Below, one piece after another: positions 22,699 through 35,949 of a stretch of DNA of 64,000 bases. The notes under the pieces were generated by a model that was not told the origin of the DNA, searched no databases, and was given only the letters and a program-made list of their open reading frames with translations. The stretch is taken from assembly GCA_004431415.1 (NCBI GenBank), contig QPMI01000297.1:5571-69570 (forward strand), in the 5' to 3' direction. A program made the position numbers and the translations under genes. This stretch comes from Cyanophora paradoxa CCMP329. Its lineage: Eukaryota; Plantae; Glaucophyta. The first letter of the stretch is position 1; every line of letters starts with the position of its first letter.

Positions 22699-25633
22699 CT
22701 AACTACTGCAACTCAATGATTCACGAAGCCAATTCTTCTGCGGGCTAAATTCCTCGCCCTTCTCAGTCTTCCCAACCTCCTTTGCTTGGCAAACCGAACA
22801 GAACCAGGGGGCTGGTGGCAAGTTCTCAGGGTCAACCTGAGCAGCAGAATGCAGATCAACGCAGAGACAAAGACAGCCACAAGCACATACACATAGCATA
22901 CCCCAATGCAGTCGAGATGGAAGGCACGCGGGCATCCATCACAGCTTTGAAACAATCAGCACGTTACTGAAAGAAAAGAAGAAACTTCTCAAACAAACCA
23001 GAGGAGATGCCCTTCAGTCCCTCTACACGTATCACACCAGTCGTTGTTCGGATCAGAGTCGCCATCATCTGCCTGATGTATACCACCAATCGGGAGCTTG
23101 GCAGACGCACTGCCAGCAACCTCGAGCGGCGCATCGGGCTCAGAGCGTGGAGGGATGCGCCGTTGGTCTCCATCCAAAGGTTCGAGTTCTGAAACAGCAC
23201 TGCTCGTTATGAGCCCGTCGTCCGAGGCGGCCATGGACAAGACCAGTGGAGGAACATCGCATGGCGGGCACAAATGACGGCTGGATGCGTCTGCTGAATG
23301 AGGCGTCTCGTCTGTGAGCACGGAGATTCCCGGTGAGGAAAGGATGAGGCTCGGGGAGTGAATCGTCCGGGCTCCTGAAAGTTCTGATGAGGTGAAGCTC
23401 AACGCAGCTCCAGACATCAAGGGAGACTCTGCCTGCCGACCGAGCGCCGCTTGAACAGCTGCCATCTCTGGCGTGGCACCACTAGCAAAAGTCCCAGATC
23501 GAAGGGGCGTTGTCAGCCCGAGCAGCCGTCCAGTCGAGTCTTCTTCGGGCTGGACGAGAGTCACGTGACATCCAAGTGCAACGGAAATCGGGCGTACGGG
23601 GGAGAGAAACTCGAAACCACTCGGTAGGTGAGGAAGAGATGGCGTGGAAGGGGTTGCGAGAGGAGCCTGTGGGGGTGTGTGTGGTGGTAATGTGAGGTGA
23701 GACTGCAGGCCGACAGCTGTGTTCTCTTGCTGCCCCTGCGATGCACCCTCCAGAGCGCGAACCTCTGGCAAAGGGTTTGATTCCTGGTAGAAGCAGTTTA
23801 AACCAACTGGGCACCATGAAACGAAAACAACGTACGAGACTGGTGCCAGGGACATCGCGAGCGAGAGGGGTGCTCGACAACGAGTCTCCTGAAGCTTCAA
23901 GGCCGTTCGATACAGTCGACGAGGGTGCGGAAACTGGGGCGGGTGGTGGAGGTGGGATAGCGAGGGCAGGAAGTGAAGGCGACGCAAGAACTTCTGCGAT
24001 TGGGGCGGGAGCCATCGGGGCTGGTGGCTGAGCAAGGCACGTAAGAGGGGGACCCATACAGGCAAAGAGGACATGCATACCTCGAGGGATAATGCCAAAG
24101 ATGCACGAGTGCGCTTGATGTAGTCGTTCCAGGACGTCAAGTGGGCATCGATGGCAAGCCGGCGTGCCTCCAGCACCCGCCGCACCATGGCAGCAAGCAA
24201 CTGCTTGTCCTGAACGCTGAGATCAGCTTCTATGTCCCACAGAATGGCGAGAGCATCAACGCACACGCTCGAGCTCAGCGAGATGCCGCGCATTCAAGCG
24301 CTTCACCCATTCCGACAACTGCGCCAGCTGCACCCACCCAGGCTGCACCTCGCGCTGCGGCAGAGTTAAGAGGTCACCAGGCAGGAAAGGAGGAACACGA
24401 CGTGCCTGCTGGTGCAGGATGAGGCGGCTGAGATTCTCAGTCTGCGCTGCCCCCAGAGCATCGATGTACATGGTGCGAGCACTCATAACCTCCATTGTCT
24501 GAGCCGAGTGAGCAGTAAGAGCAGGAAAAGAGGGGGAGGGGGGTTTGGGGGTTGCGAGGGGAAGGAGGAGGGTGAGGGGTAGCGAGGGGAAGGAGGGGGG
24601 GGGGGGGGGGGTGGAGGAGGGGGTAGGGAAAAGAGAGAGGGGGAGCGGGCGGGAGGAGTGGATAGAGAGGGGGGGCGATCACCTCGTCCTCTTGATGGCA
24701 CACGAGATCCATGAGCTCGGTATGTTGCCTCGCCAATATTTCCTGAACTGAGACGAAGTGCTCGGACCCGAGCGGGGCCTCGTTCTGCAAAGCAAGCTCT
24801 TCCTCTGTGGGCTCCCGAGGAGGCGGTGGCGCTGGTGGAGGCACTGTTGAGCGCATCGGCACATGCGGTGGGGGCTGCAGTGGCCCACTTCCTCCAGCCC
24901 CGGCGGCGGTGGATCGTTTTTCAACTGCTTTTGTATCTGGCTGGTTGCTCGTTGACCCGCGGCCCGCTGGAGGTCGCCCGACGCCATTGGAGTCCCCGGG
25001 TTGCCTCAAAGTATGAGACCGGCCACCCGAGGATGAGCCGTGCCCGGGAGGGCGACCCCGGCTCCAACTCCCGTTCGACTGCTGGGGAGGTCGAAGCGGC
25101 TGGTGCGGTTTGGGTGGGGGGGGAGGCTGGTATGCGCGACCGGCCGCCGGAACGGAGGGTGGAGGGCTGGCTGAGACAGGGACGGTGGGGATCACCGCGG
25201 GGACGGTTGGAATGACCGCCGGAACCGTAGCTATTGGGCCGGAGTGAGGCGGAAGAGCGGAAGATACAGGAGGAGGTACCACGGCCAGCGGGGAGGAGCC
25301 AAGCATGAGAACGTGCGAGTTTGCCCCTGCGCCCGGGGGAATGGAAGGAGGGAGCGAGCTTGGCCGGGAGGCAACCGCTCCGGATGCGAGGATGTGCTCC
25401 ATGCACGATGCGGGGCCGCCGGAGGAGCTCGGCAGTGCAACGGTAGCGGCCGCGCCGGGCGGCGGGCCGGGGCCGGTGCCGGAGCTTACAATCCCTGCCC
25501 CAGGCCAGTCGGGAAGGCGGACGGTTCTTTCCGCTCCAGCTTCCACGAGGTCAGGGGGCCGTGGCGTGGCCGGAGGAACGCTCGGATCCGCATCTGCTAC
25601 TCCTTCCAGCTTCGGGCGCTTCTCCGCTCGCAT
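22699..25633 (-). CDS. Pro-rich nuclear protein with a C-terminal PHD finger
   Basis: MRAEKRPKLE (NLS-like); C-terminal NNDWCDTCRGTEGHLL...CDGCPRAFHLDCIG|VDPENLPPAPWFCSVC is a C4HC3 PHD finger. Confidence 0.8.
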
Positions 25634-26633
25634 CGTGGGGCGCTGCGCCGGAGCGCTCGCGCCCAATCTCAAGCGCGCCCAAACGCGCCTGATGCCGCTG
25701 CTCAATCAAGGCTGGAGCTATGCCGCTGTGATTTCTTTTGCCAGCGACGGGAGGCTTTGCAATGAACAACGCAGCGGCTCCGCGCTCGCTAAACGAGGGG
25801 GCGGCTTCGGCGCTCGCTGGCGCCTTGCGTAGCGCGCAGAGCTGTACCCCCGTGTGAGATCAAATTTCATCGAAATTCATACCGTGCGCGCCGGCAGGCG
25901 CGCTATTTCCGCCGCCCGCAGCTATATATTGCCCACAATTACGTGATCACCGCCGCCGTTTGACGTCTCGCTCTGGCTTGCGTTCAGCAATAATTATATA
26001 TATATAATATTGACACATGTACATATAAACGTACATGTACACGTGCACCCCGCGCTCTGGCGCTGGCAGGCCACTGGGCCTGGGCCACCCGCCGGGCCGG
26101 CCCAATCCTGCGTGCGCTTTTCAGCGAGCAGCACCCACATCGGGCAACAGTGTGCTCTCTGCGCTCTCTTCGATTTTGATATTAGCTATCATAGACTTCG
26201 ATTTACATTTCAGAAATTTGATTTCGATCTGACCCAACGACCGTGCCCGCTCGCAGGCGAATCAGCGCTATCTCTGTATCTGTCTGTATCTGTATCTCTG
26301 TGTGCACCGTGGCACAGTCTACTCCAGCACCCGTGCACGTGTGCTCACATATTCGAGTGCATTTGGGCGCAGGCCTGGCCAGTTCTACGCCTAGCGAGCG
26401 TAGATCTAGACAGCCGCTGAGCATTATTTGATTGTTGTATACATTCTGTCAACGCTCTACTTTCAAGTTTAGACCCCACCTTGCACCTCCTGAGACAAGC
26501 GGGGGCGGGGGCGAGTCGAAGACCTCGTAAGCAATTGAGATTTAGGACACCGCTAGCTTTTCCGCTGGTCTTCATCCAAAGGTTCGAGCCCTGAAACAGC
26601 ACTGCTCGTTATGAGCCCGTCCTCCCAGAATCG

Positions 26634-29600
26634 CTATGAAAGCATCTGAGAAAGGAAGGTGCTGATCTGGGAGACGAGCTGCTTGTCCTACGTTGCCCCG
26701 GCCACAATGAGCGACCTCGCACACTCGCCATGCGTTGCAAGAAAAGCACCTTCTTTACATCTTGGACCTTCTTTTGCTGCATGTTGAGGATGCGAGTAGC
26801 GATGGCATCCAGCTCCAGCCGCCCCCGTTCATTCACTTCATCTGTTCGGCTGCTGTTAGGCAGTTCAAAGAGAACTACGATCCCATCAATGCAGACCAAA
26901 TGCACGAGAGAGGTTGATTGCCTCTTCCCTCAGCAGTTCTATGTCTGTGTTGATTTGCTTCTGTGCCTTGCTGCGGTTCAGCAGAGCTCGCTTGAAGTCC
27001 CCAGCATCGTTTTGAAGGCTCTTGATCTCAGCTGTGAGTGTGGCCATCAATATTTTAATGGACTCTTTGGTTCCTTTGATAAAACACATTGCCTTACCCA
27101 AGAAGCTTGCTGAAAGTCTCTGCTGTTGAGCATTGTATTTCGATGCCAGCACATCTCTGCAAACATGTGAACGATGAAATCGGAAATTTGCGAGAGGGCA
27201 AGCAAGCTTCAAAACACGAGCCTTTGTTTCTGGGTTCGGTCACTCGCAGAGGCACACACTGCAGAGAGCTGAGCTTCAGCTTGCTTCGTAACCGTCACGA
27301 TCCTCGCGTGCTTCTTGGATGCGGCTTTCGCAACAGCGTCCTGAATAACTGCAGGAGAGAGACTCATCAAGCCGCCATGGGTTTCCATTCAGTCTTCTAG
27401 AGGACAGACCTCGGAGGATGTGGCCCACGCTGTCATCCTTAGTCGCTCCGCGCTCCATACCATCGTCCGACAGGCTCTCTTTGCAAACTGTGAGATACCG
27501 AAATGTTTTGAGCTTGTTACACATACCATCGGCAGTCTCCCGCTCGGTCTCTTCTTCCACCTGCACAGGCGACGAGAAGCTCACAGTCGAACGCTCTGGG
27601 CGGAAACAGTCAAAAGGAGGACGAACGAGGCTGGGGGCAGGCATAAGCACGTGAACCAGCTCCCATCCTCTTGCTGCGAGGGCCAGCACCACTTCTCTCC
27701 TGCAAACGCTCTTCTGGTAAATTGGGTGCTGTCTCAACTGTTGAAGTGCGACCATTGGTCTTCTCCAAATCATCCCAATCTGGGAGGGATGGCTCTTCAA
27801 GCATGGCTGCGTCACGATCTCGTTTCGAAGAAGACAGTTTTAGAGAAGGAGGTTTGGTGGTCCCCAGAGAGCCGCTGGCAGGTGCCGATTCTGTGGTTCG
27901 AACTCTGACAGCCGCTGGTTTAGCTGGTTTGGCGGCCTTCCTTGGTGTCACGTCTTGCTCTGTGAAAGAATAAGCAGGTTGAAAACCTGTGCCCGCAACC
28001 AGGTACGTGCACCTTGCACTGGCCGTTTACGTTTGGGCCCTGGCACTTTTGCAACGATAGCAGTTGTCTTCTTGGATTCCACAGCACGTGAACTCCCCTG
28101 ATGGCCGGCATCAGCATGACAAAGGAAGCACGGGGAAGAATGCTCAAAGAAGCGAGCCTCAGAAGCATCGCCAGGACCTGCATTGGTGGCAATCTTGCTG
28201 GAGGCACGCCCCGTTTGCTGAGTGAATATTACTTAGTGCGATATTCATGGTCGTCCCTTCATCAAAACGAGAGCTTACCTTGCGTCCTCTGGGCATGGGT
28301 TCTGGCACGCGTGGTTCGCCAGAAGCTATCCTGGCATGTGTCGACATGTCAAAGGAAATAACCAAACATAGAATGTTTTCTCAACCCACTCTGACGATTG
28401 CAGCGGCGCTGCCTTTGCCTCGCCTGTCACGATGTCTGCAAGGCGGACTCCAGGCTTCCCGCGACCTGCATCTACCTGGTGGACTCCTGCCTCGGCACTG
28501 GACTGCAAAGCACTGGGCTGAGATCCTCTTGGGGCTTTGGCTGCAGCGTTTCCTGACACAGCGCTAGCATCGCGAGATGATCTCGAGTCCTCCGCTTCAA
28601 GAGCTGGTTCTGGGGCCACTGCAGAGCATAATTTACCTTCTGAAAAAGGAAGCATCGGAGGCGGGGCACCCGTTTTCGGAGCAGGGTTCTGCTCCTTGGC
28701 AATCTCGTTGACAGGAGATGGCGGCTCTCCCTGCTCTTGGGCTCCAACCGATTTGTGATCCTCCTTGGCAATGTCGCCTACAGGAGACGAAAGCTTTCCC
28801 TGCTCTTGAACTTCGACCGATTTCTCGACTGCACCCGAGGTCCCCTGGCGAAATTGAAGAGCTTGCCGGTGCTTTGGTCCTTGGCGCAGCACGGCTCGAG
28901 AAACCTGACGCATGATGTAACTGAAAGTTGTTGGCAGAAGAACCTTCGTATGTGCACCTTGGTGAACTCAGAATGGGGTTTCTCGGACTGCTCGCTTACA
29001 TTCTTCCTTCGATTGTCCTTCCAAGTTCAAGAGGAAAAGGTTGTCAGCATCGGCACCGATTTCGATTGCAGTGCAAGTCACCTGCTCCGAGGGCAGGGCC
29101 ACTCTCGACCCTTCAGCAGGTAGAAACATCGGTCCGTCTTCCTGATTTTTGTGCGCCTGATGTTCGTTATTTTTTAAGAATTTCTTTAAAAATGCAGTTA
29201 ATGCATGGGCAAGCATACCACTTGCTCATCTCGCGACTTGACGATCTGCCCACTCGCCCACTTGACGCCTGCAGATGCTGTATTGCGGCGCATGAGTACT
29301 GCTGGTTCGTACAAAGAGCACCCTGGAGCACCATGTGGCGCTATTGGGAAGGTGATCGTGGCTTCCAGCCCGGTTTTCCGGCAGTCGTGCAGTAGTCCAT
29401 CGTATCCACTGTCAGTAAGCTGATGCTACGTGATCAGCTGCCGATGAAAAACGCAGTGCCAAAGCAATAAGAAAGCGAACCTGCAAGGAGATGTTATTGC
29501 CAGATTTGCTCATCCTATGCACACCATGGTACATCAAGTCGATACGGGCCGGCTGCACCCGAAGTGAGACCCTGGCCAAGGCAAACTGCAATACGGAACA

Positions 29601-31161
29601 AGCAAACGCACATTGTTATTGTCCAGGTAATTGATTGAAAACCCAGAGAGGCCAAAGTCGATCCAGCACGACTCAAAATGTTCCGATCCACACACCACTT
29701 TTGGGGAACTCACACTGTACACCCTGTTCACGGCACATCGACAATAAACAGATGCTAGAAGAGCCCCGAAAATAATAATATCATAAATGCACGTTCTCTC
29801 CGGACCATAAGATGCATTGAGTTCATTCAAGAATATCCGGACGCTCTGTTTTGAGCAATCAATGGGTATGTGGGCAAAAGCAGGCCAACAAACTTTGAGA
29901 AAGCATAACAGGACACTCGCACACAAACCTTGTAGAACCCAAGGTGCTGATCTGTGCTGATGTCACCCCAGGCTTTGAGAACTTGTGGTTGCTGGAAGGC
30001 TGCAGCAGCTGCCGCCCGAAGGGCTTCTTCGATTTCTCCTCGCTTTGTACTAACGCGGACCAGCAGCTCTACACGGAAAAGGTTAAGTATACGTTAAGTA
30101 TACACGGAAACGGAAAAAAACGTTCTAGATGTAAAGTGCAGGACACAGGCACCGATAATTGATCCCTGTGTAGCATAATCCCCCGCTAATCGAATTTCAT
30201 TTACAAGCTGCTCAAACAGCGTCAGCACAAAAATGGTAGCTTTTTTATTCGCAATAATCACATTTGACAGGAGTCGACCTTCCAGTATAATGCCGGCCAG
30301 GAGCTGTCCGGGTCAGTGCAAGTAAGTAGTTCATCCAAAAACCTCGAAAAAAAGCAACCTGGAAGCCTCACAACTTGGATAAAGGAAGGGAAAAACGTTC
30401 ACCTCTTTATTGGGGCGGCATTTTTCGACCAGTGATGTCAGAACTGGGAAAATTGTTGTAAGGAAGGATTCGAAGCAGGGAGCGAGAAGGAAAAATCATA
30501 CTTTCCACGGCCGTCCTGCGCACAGGAGACTGCTCGCTTTTGTCAAGGAGGACTCCCAGCAACAAGTGCAGAAGTTGACCGAACGCCCTTTTTGCTGTGT
30601 TGTGAGTCAAGACATTCAATTACTCATGGCGTTACTTGCAGTGTAACAAAAACAGACAGTCAATGGAGGCATGTGTCAGATTCTGTGCAAGTAACAGCGT
30701 GTCCATCATGACTTCGAATTGGAAGCAAGGGTTGACCCGTCTTCGCCCAGCGAGGATTTTTTTGCATGATGTGATGACCTGTTCATAAGGTATTCAGGTC
30801 ACCGAGAAGGATTTACAAGTGAATAAAACGAGCCTCCTGGACTGCGCGTGGCTCAGAGAGGCGCTCAAGCACTGCGTCTTCCTCCGTAAGCCTCACAACG
30901 CAATCAAATACTTCCACTAGGCGACCGCCGGTGTTTGGCTCGGAGGCACTTTGAAATGCGAGCGCAGCGATCTGCGTCGATGTCAACGTGCGGGTCGGAT
31001 TCACACTGCGACCGAATGCCGTTCGTAGACACAGCACGTACTCGGTCGATGACGCTCAACAGCGTCTCTGCAAGAAGGTCCCTGTCCTGAGGGCCGCATT
31101 CGAAAGCCTGTTGCGGCCCTGCGAGAGGCGGCGCGGACCTTCTCGGTAACCGCAACGCCAT
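26634..31161 (-). CDS. Large multi-exon protein of unknown function with C-terminal coiled coil (may be more than one gene)
   Basis: Contiguous minus-strand exons from MALRLPRRSAPP through a disordered middle (27610-27951, 28330-28910) to ...LNMQQKKVQDVKK|DKQLVSQISTFLSQMLS*. No family recognised. Confidence 0.5.
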
Positions 31162-31611
31162 GGCGCTCATAAGAGAGCGCATCCGCGTCGCCGGAAAGCT
31201 CGGGGGCACCACTCGAGAACCTGGCATGCGGAGTCGGCGCGGATTCCCCGGTGTTGCGCGCGCGATGTTTGAATGGGGAGCGACGAGAAATGATTCGAGA
31301 AAGCTCGACGACACGCGGAAGCTCGAAAGACGGAAGGCGCGCCGCACCGCGAGAGAGCGCCGAGAAGCCCACCGTCCTGTAGCACCATGCTGAACGACAG
31401 GGCAGCCACAGCGGGCTCCAAATCGGATGCGTACGCGCTGGAACGGTGCGGGTTTTGCGCCTGCACTTCCTGCGTTCTCGTACCCCGTTTCCTCTATTCA
31501 CGTACCGTATGGATTTGTTAGTTGGTTATATACATCGTTCAATGTGTTATATATATAATCGTAAACAGCCTGGCCGCGCCCAACCAAATCGTAATTGAAA
31601 TCAAAGTGAGT

Positions 31612-32982
31612 CTAACCTAGGTCTTCATCATACTGGTCACCATATAATCCCTCACCGCCGATCGTTCTGCTGTCGCGCGCCACGCTCATCTGTGCCAGCA
31701 TGGCGTCCAAAGCTGCTGCAGGGTCGTCTGTCTCCTGCTGCTGAGGCGCCTGCTGCTGCTTGGGAGACTTGCCCCCTCTGCTGGTAGGTGCCTGCGAAAG
31801 CGTGGACGACATCCAACTGGCTTGGTACTTGTCCTCCCGTATCCTCTCAATATTGTGTTGCGCTTCAAGCTCCGCCTTCACGTTTTGGTATCGTTGCAGC
31901 AGCCTAGAGAGAGTGTTGGATGCACAAGATGAGCAAAAAAAATGACGATGCACCTCTCTAGATCAAGCTGCCGTTGCTTCTTCTGCTCCTCTCGCCCAGT
32001 CTGCACGCGTTTATGCAGCGCCTGCATTTCCATCATCTGCTTGCTCTGGAACTTGGAGATGAGATTCGCAATCTTCTGGTCTCGCTGATTCCGCAGCTTC
32101 TCCAGCTCCCACGCTTCCTGCAACAGCTCTGCTCGGAAACAACAAGCGGCTTGGGTAAAGTATATTGCGAACCAGGTTGTCAGCTTTCAATTTCACTTTA
32201 TGTGCATCTGCGTATTCTTTCTGCTTGGCGAGTACTTCCTGTATTCTCCGCAGGTTCAGGAGCTCCTTCGAGAACTTTGGACTATGTTCTGGCTTCATCT
32301 GGAGCTGCTCAATGAACTCAGCGTACTCCGCCGCATGGCGATCCTGGGCAGGAAATCAAATTCGGGGCACAGAAAATAGGGGCCCAAGAAAGCTCACCCG
32401 CATCGCTTGCTCCAGCTCCTGCGCTTTTATTTCGTACTCCATCATTTTCTTGTCCCACATCTGGTTGAACTGTTGAAACTGCCGGCCGCCGTTAGCCCGC
32501 GGGCGTACTACAGGCAGAAAACACCTACTTCAAGCATGTGTGCTTCCTCGACTCCAAGCCGCTCAGCAATCTGCCGAGACCGCATAGCTTCGCGCCTCCT
32601 GTTCTCTTCACTGCACGCGCCCTGATTTAGCCAAGGCGCGCGAGTTTCCGGCCGAGCGCTGTCAGGCGTGGCGCTCACTGGCTGCGCAGCTCTTGAAGCC
32701 TGTTCTTAGCTATCTCTGCTTCGACGTATTTCCCTTGCCGCTCACAGCTTTTGCGGTGCTCCTCAAGAATTTGTCTGCGCGGCCTGTTTACGGAGAGCGG
32801 GATAGCGCCGGTTGCTAAAGTACGCACAAAAAGTCCCGAATCGCTGCCTGCACGGAGGTGGCGGTGCGTCAGGCCGCGTCAGGGAACGCACACGGTGCTT
32901 TGGTCAAGGTCACGCGGCAAGGGCAGCTGACCTCATCGGGCTCTACCGGCGGCGGCTGCCCGTAGTCTACGGCGTCGCCCAT
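31612..32982 (-). CDS. Conserved coiled-coil protein of the type found in ciliated protists
   Basis: ILEEHRKSCERQGKYVEAEIAKNRLQELR, FQQFNQMWDKKM, PKFSKELLNLRRIQEVLAKQKEYADAHKVK, LLQRYQNVKAELEAQH. Confidence 0.75.
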
Positions 32983-33216
32983 GGTTTCCCAATTGGTCGT
33001 CGCCGGGGGTACGTCGATATCTCTCTACACGCGTACCCTCATTCTAAGATGAATTTTGACAAATTTGAGTGTGAGTGGCAGCACATCGAATTCGACGTGA
33101 CTCACGCAATGTCAGCTAGCTGTTTTGACTAGCTGCGTGTACGGTCTACTCCCATAAGCGGGCAACACAGGGCCCGCATAAAAACTTCCAAAATTTTCCC
33201 TGCTTCCCTGCCTGAT

Positions 33217-33970
33217 TCAGGATTTTGCTGATATTTTCCCTGCCTGAACCAGGTGGGGCACCTCCGCAGCCAACCATGGGGAGAGCTGCCGAGAAAGCTC
33301 AGCAACAGACCCAGATATACGCAAGAAATGTCGAGGTCACCCCAAGGGCAAGCGCGTGGGCGATGCCGAAGTGCGGAACATTGCGAGCCCACAGCGGTTG
33401 GAAGTGGATGGTGAGACAGATCTTGCCGCCCCTGCCATGCACATGAAGGCTGCGATCGGCGAGCAGACACCGCATACGGAGTACGTACCTGTACATTTTT
33501 GCAGTCATGCCCTCTAGCTCAGGGATCTCGATTTCCGGAGCAGTGGCAGGGTAGGCGATGGGGATCTGCAATTTGTCAGCGGGCCATAGCGATGAAACAT
33601 GCGGCGTTCGCACATCGAACTGGAAATCGAATTCGTACTTGATCAGGTTGTAGATGTACCAGCACTTGCCTGTCCACCTGAGGCGCGCGGCACTCAGTCG
33701 CGCGCAATCAATTGCGCGGAGGCGCAAGGGCTGGCCTAGTGCCTTGAGGGTTGGACTCGATAGTGAACCAGTCGTTGTCCGACTTCTTGTTGTTTTCGAT
33801 GTACTGCGCACGCGTCAGCTCTTCTGGAAAGGAGGCGAGCGCTGTCGCACCGTGATGAGCGCTTTGTACTCCTCTTTCAAGCGCTCCTTGTAGGACTCGC
33901 CATCGCGCGGACCGGCCCTCACAGTCAGGAGAGGGATCTTTTGCACTGTCTGCTTTGTTTGTTCGTCCAT
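33217..33970 (-). CDS. UFC1: Ubiquitin-fold modifier-conjugating enzyme 1 (UFM1 E2)
   Basis: [13 protein letters not shown]...[52 protein letters not shown]|[38 protein letters not shown]. Confidence 0.97.
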
Positions 33971-34065
33971 GTGCGCCGCCCTTGCGACCTTTTTTTTCGG
34001 GCCGGGTACTGAGCGCGAGCGGCAAGGCCGACGGAAGCAGCCGCTCAGCCGAAACCCCTTCGTCT

Positions 34066-35524
34066 ATGGAGGTGCGTGCGTAGCGATCGGGGCGTTGCGC
34101 GGGCGGAGACCTCGATCGGGGTCTGGTCTCAATCAGGGGATGCGAGCGCATAGTCGGCATTCCAGCGCGTAGTCGGCACGCCAGTGCAACGTGGCCAGAT
34201 CCTCGATGCGTTGGCTGCGGTGGCTGTAGAGGCGCAGATTGAGCCGTGCCGCGCAGGTCTTCGGTGTGGACGGAGTAGGAGTGGCTGCCGACCCAAGGAT
34301 GACACTGCGCGTTGCTTTCCAGGGAGAGCCTGGGGCGTACTCTGGTGCGCCCTTCGTGTGGCGCCGGAAAGACGTCGCTAACGACGCGGCAGAGGGCGCC
34401 GCGGTAGACGTGTTCGGCAGCGACGTTCAGACGATTCCTTGTGTGTCGTTCGAGAAGGTAGCGAGCTTGTAGACTTCCGCGAGCGCCCGCGAGTCTCACG
34501 CCCGCGCAGCTGTTCGACGCGGTGGAGAGTGGGATGGCCGACCGCGGCGTGCTCCCTATTGAAAACAGCCTGGCGGGAACGATTCACCACAACTATGATT
34601 TGCTTCTGAAACGTAATCTCTGCATCGTTGGCGAGTATGACTATCCAGTGAGGTGCGGCAAAGGAGCCGCACGTAATTTCTGTGCTTGTCCATGAGCGGC
34701 CTTCGCTCTTCAGACACTGCCTTCTCGCGCTGGAGGGCGTCCAAATGTCGGACATTAAGCGCGTTCTTAGCCACCCGATGGCCCTTGCACAGGTTAGTCT
34801 GTGTGCACTCACTGCGATGCACTTCGAACATATCTGCAGTGTGATGGCTACTTGAACAAAATGGGGCTTCATCGAGAGGCTACGTATGACACAGCCGGAA
34901 GGTCAGCGTGTTTAAATGTCAGTGCACACGCGGCTCACCACCTGAGCAGTGCAAAGCGGCTTCGGGATGAGCATTTGATGGATGCTGCGGCAATTGCAAG
35001 GTGGCTTTTTGTTTCTGCCGAGCTGGCTTGCATGGCTCTCTAATTTCCAAGTATCTAGTGCTCGGGCTGGGAAGCTTTATGCCTTGAATGTGCTGGCCTC
35101 CAACATCGAGGATGATCCTAAAAACTTCACCCGTTTCCTGGTGCTGGCGAGGGAGCCTGTGAGCCCGCCCCTCACCAAGCCTTGCAAGACGTCAATCGTG
35201 TTTTCTCTCAAAAACATCCCGGGTGAGAACGATTAACCACAGCGATTGCTTTGCAACACTAATCAACGTTTCCCAGGTGTTTTGTTCAAGGCACTTTCCG
35301 TGTTCTCGTTGAGAGACATTGACCTCACAAAAATCGAGAGCCGCCCATGCAGACTTGCATCCACCAGCCCATCGGAGCCCATCAAGCGCTGGGAGTACCT
35401 CTTTTACCTGGATTTTGCGGCCAATGCAAACGATGAGGTGGCCAAGAATGCTCTTCGGCACCTCAGCGAGATAGCACCCTTCGTCCGAGTGCTTGGAACA
35501 TACACGAGGCATAGCGATAGTTGA
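34066..35524 (+). CDS. Prephenate/arogenate dehydratase (PDT + ACT domain)
   Basis: [42 protein letters not shown]|[46 protein letters not shown]. Start codon uncertain (34066, or downstream at ~34299). Confidence 0.95.
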
Positions 35525-35949
35525 ATTGAGTTTTGTCTGGTGTACGCTATTAGCTAGCTGCATCTGTGAACTCAGCCTGTGTGGGCTACACATAGGCAGG
35601 TGCAGCCCTCACTGGCCGGCACGGCTGTTCCCCCCCAAGGCTTGTAAGGGAGCTTCGGAGGTATCACTCTGATGACTCCCCAAGGGTGCAGCATCGCGTC
35701 GACGTCGTCGGTGCCACGGTGGGCAGTGGGAGTTCCTGCAGATTGACGTCAGTGCACGTGGGGCCGCCGGCCGCCGGGCCGGGGCTGTACGATGGTCGGA
35801 AGCCTGTGCACGTGCCTGTGCGTGATCGAAGGCCGCCGGGCCGGGCTGGGCCTCAATGTTTTACTCATTGAATCGAACTCAAATGTTAACCTGTCACAGT
35901 GTTACAACGCCGTGACGTTAACCCCCCTGTTTCTGTTTCGATTCAAGTT

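Noticed and set aside
24520-24680. Long polypurine/poly-G tract
   Set aside because: Lies within an intron of the PHD gene; low-complexity expansion with no further evidence of function.
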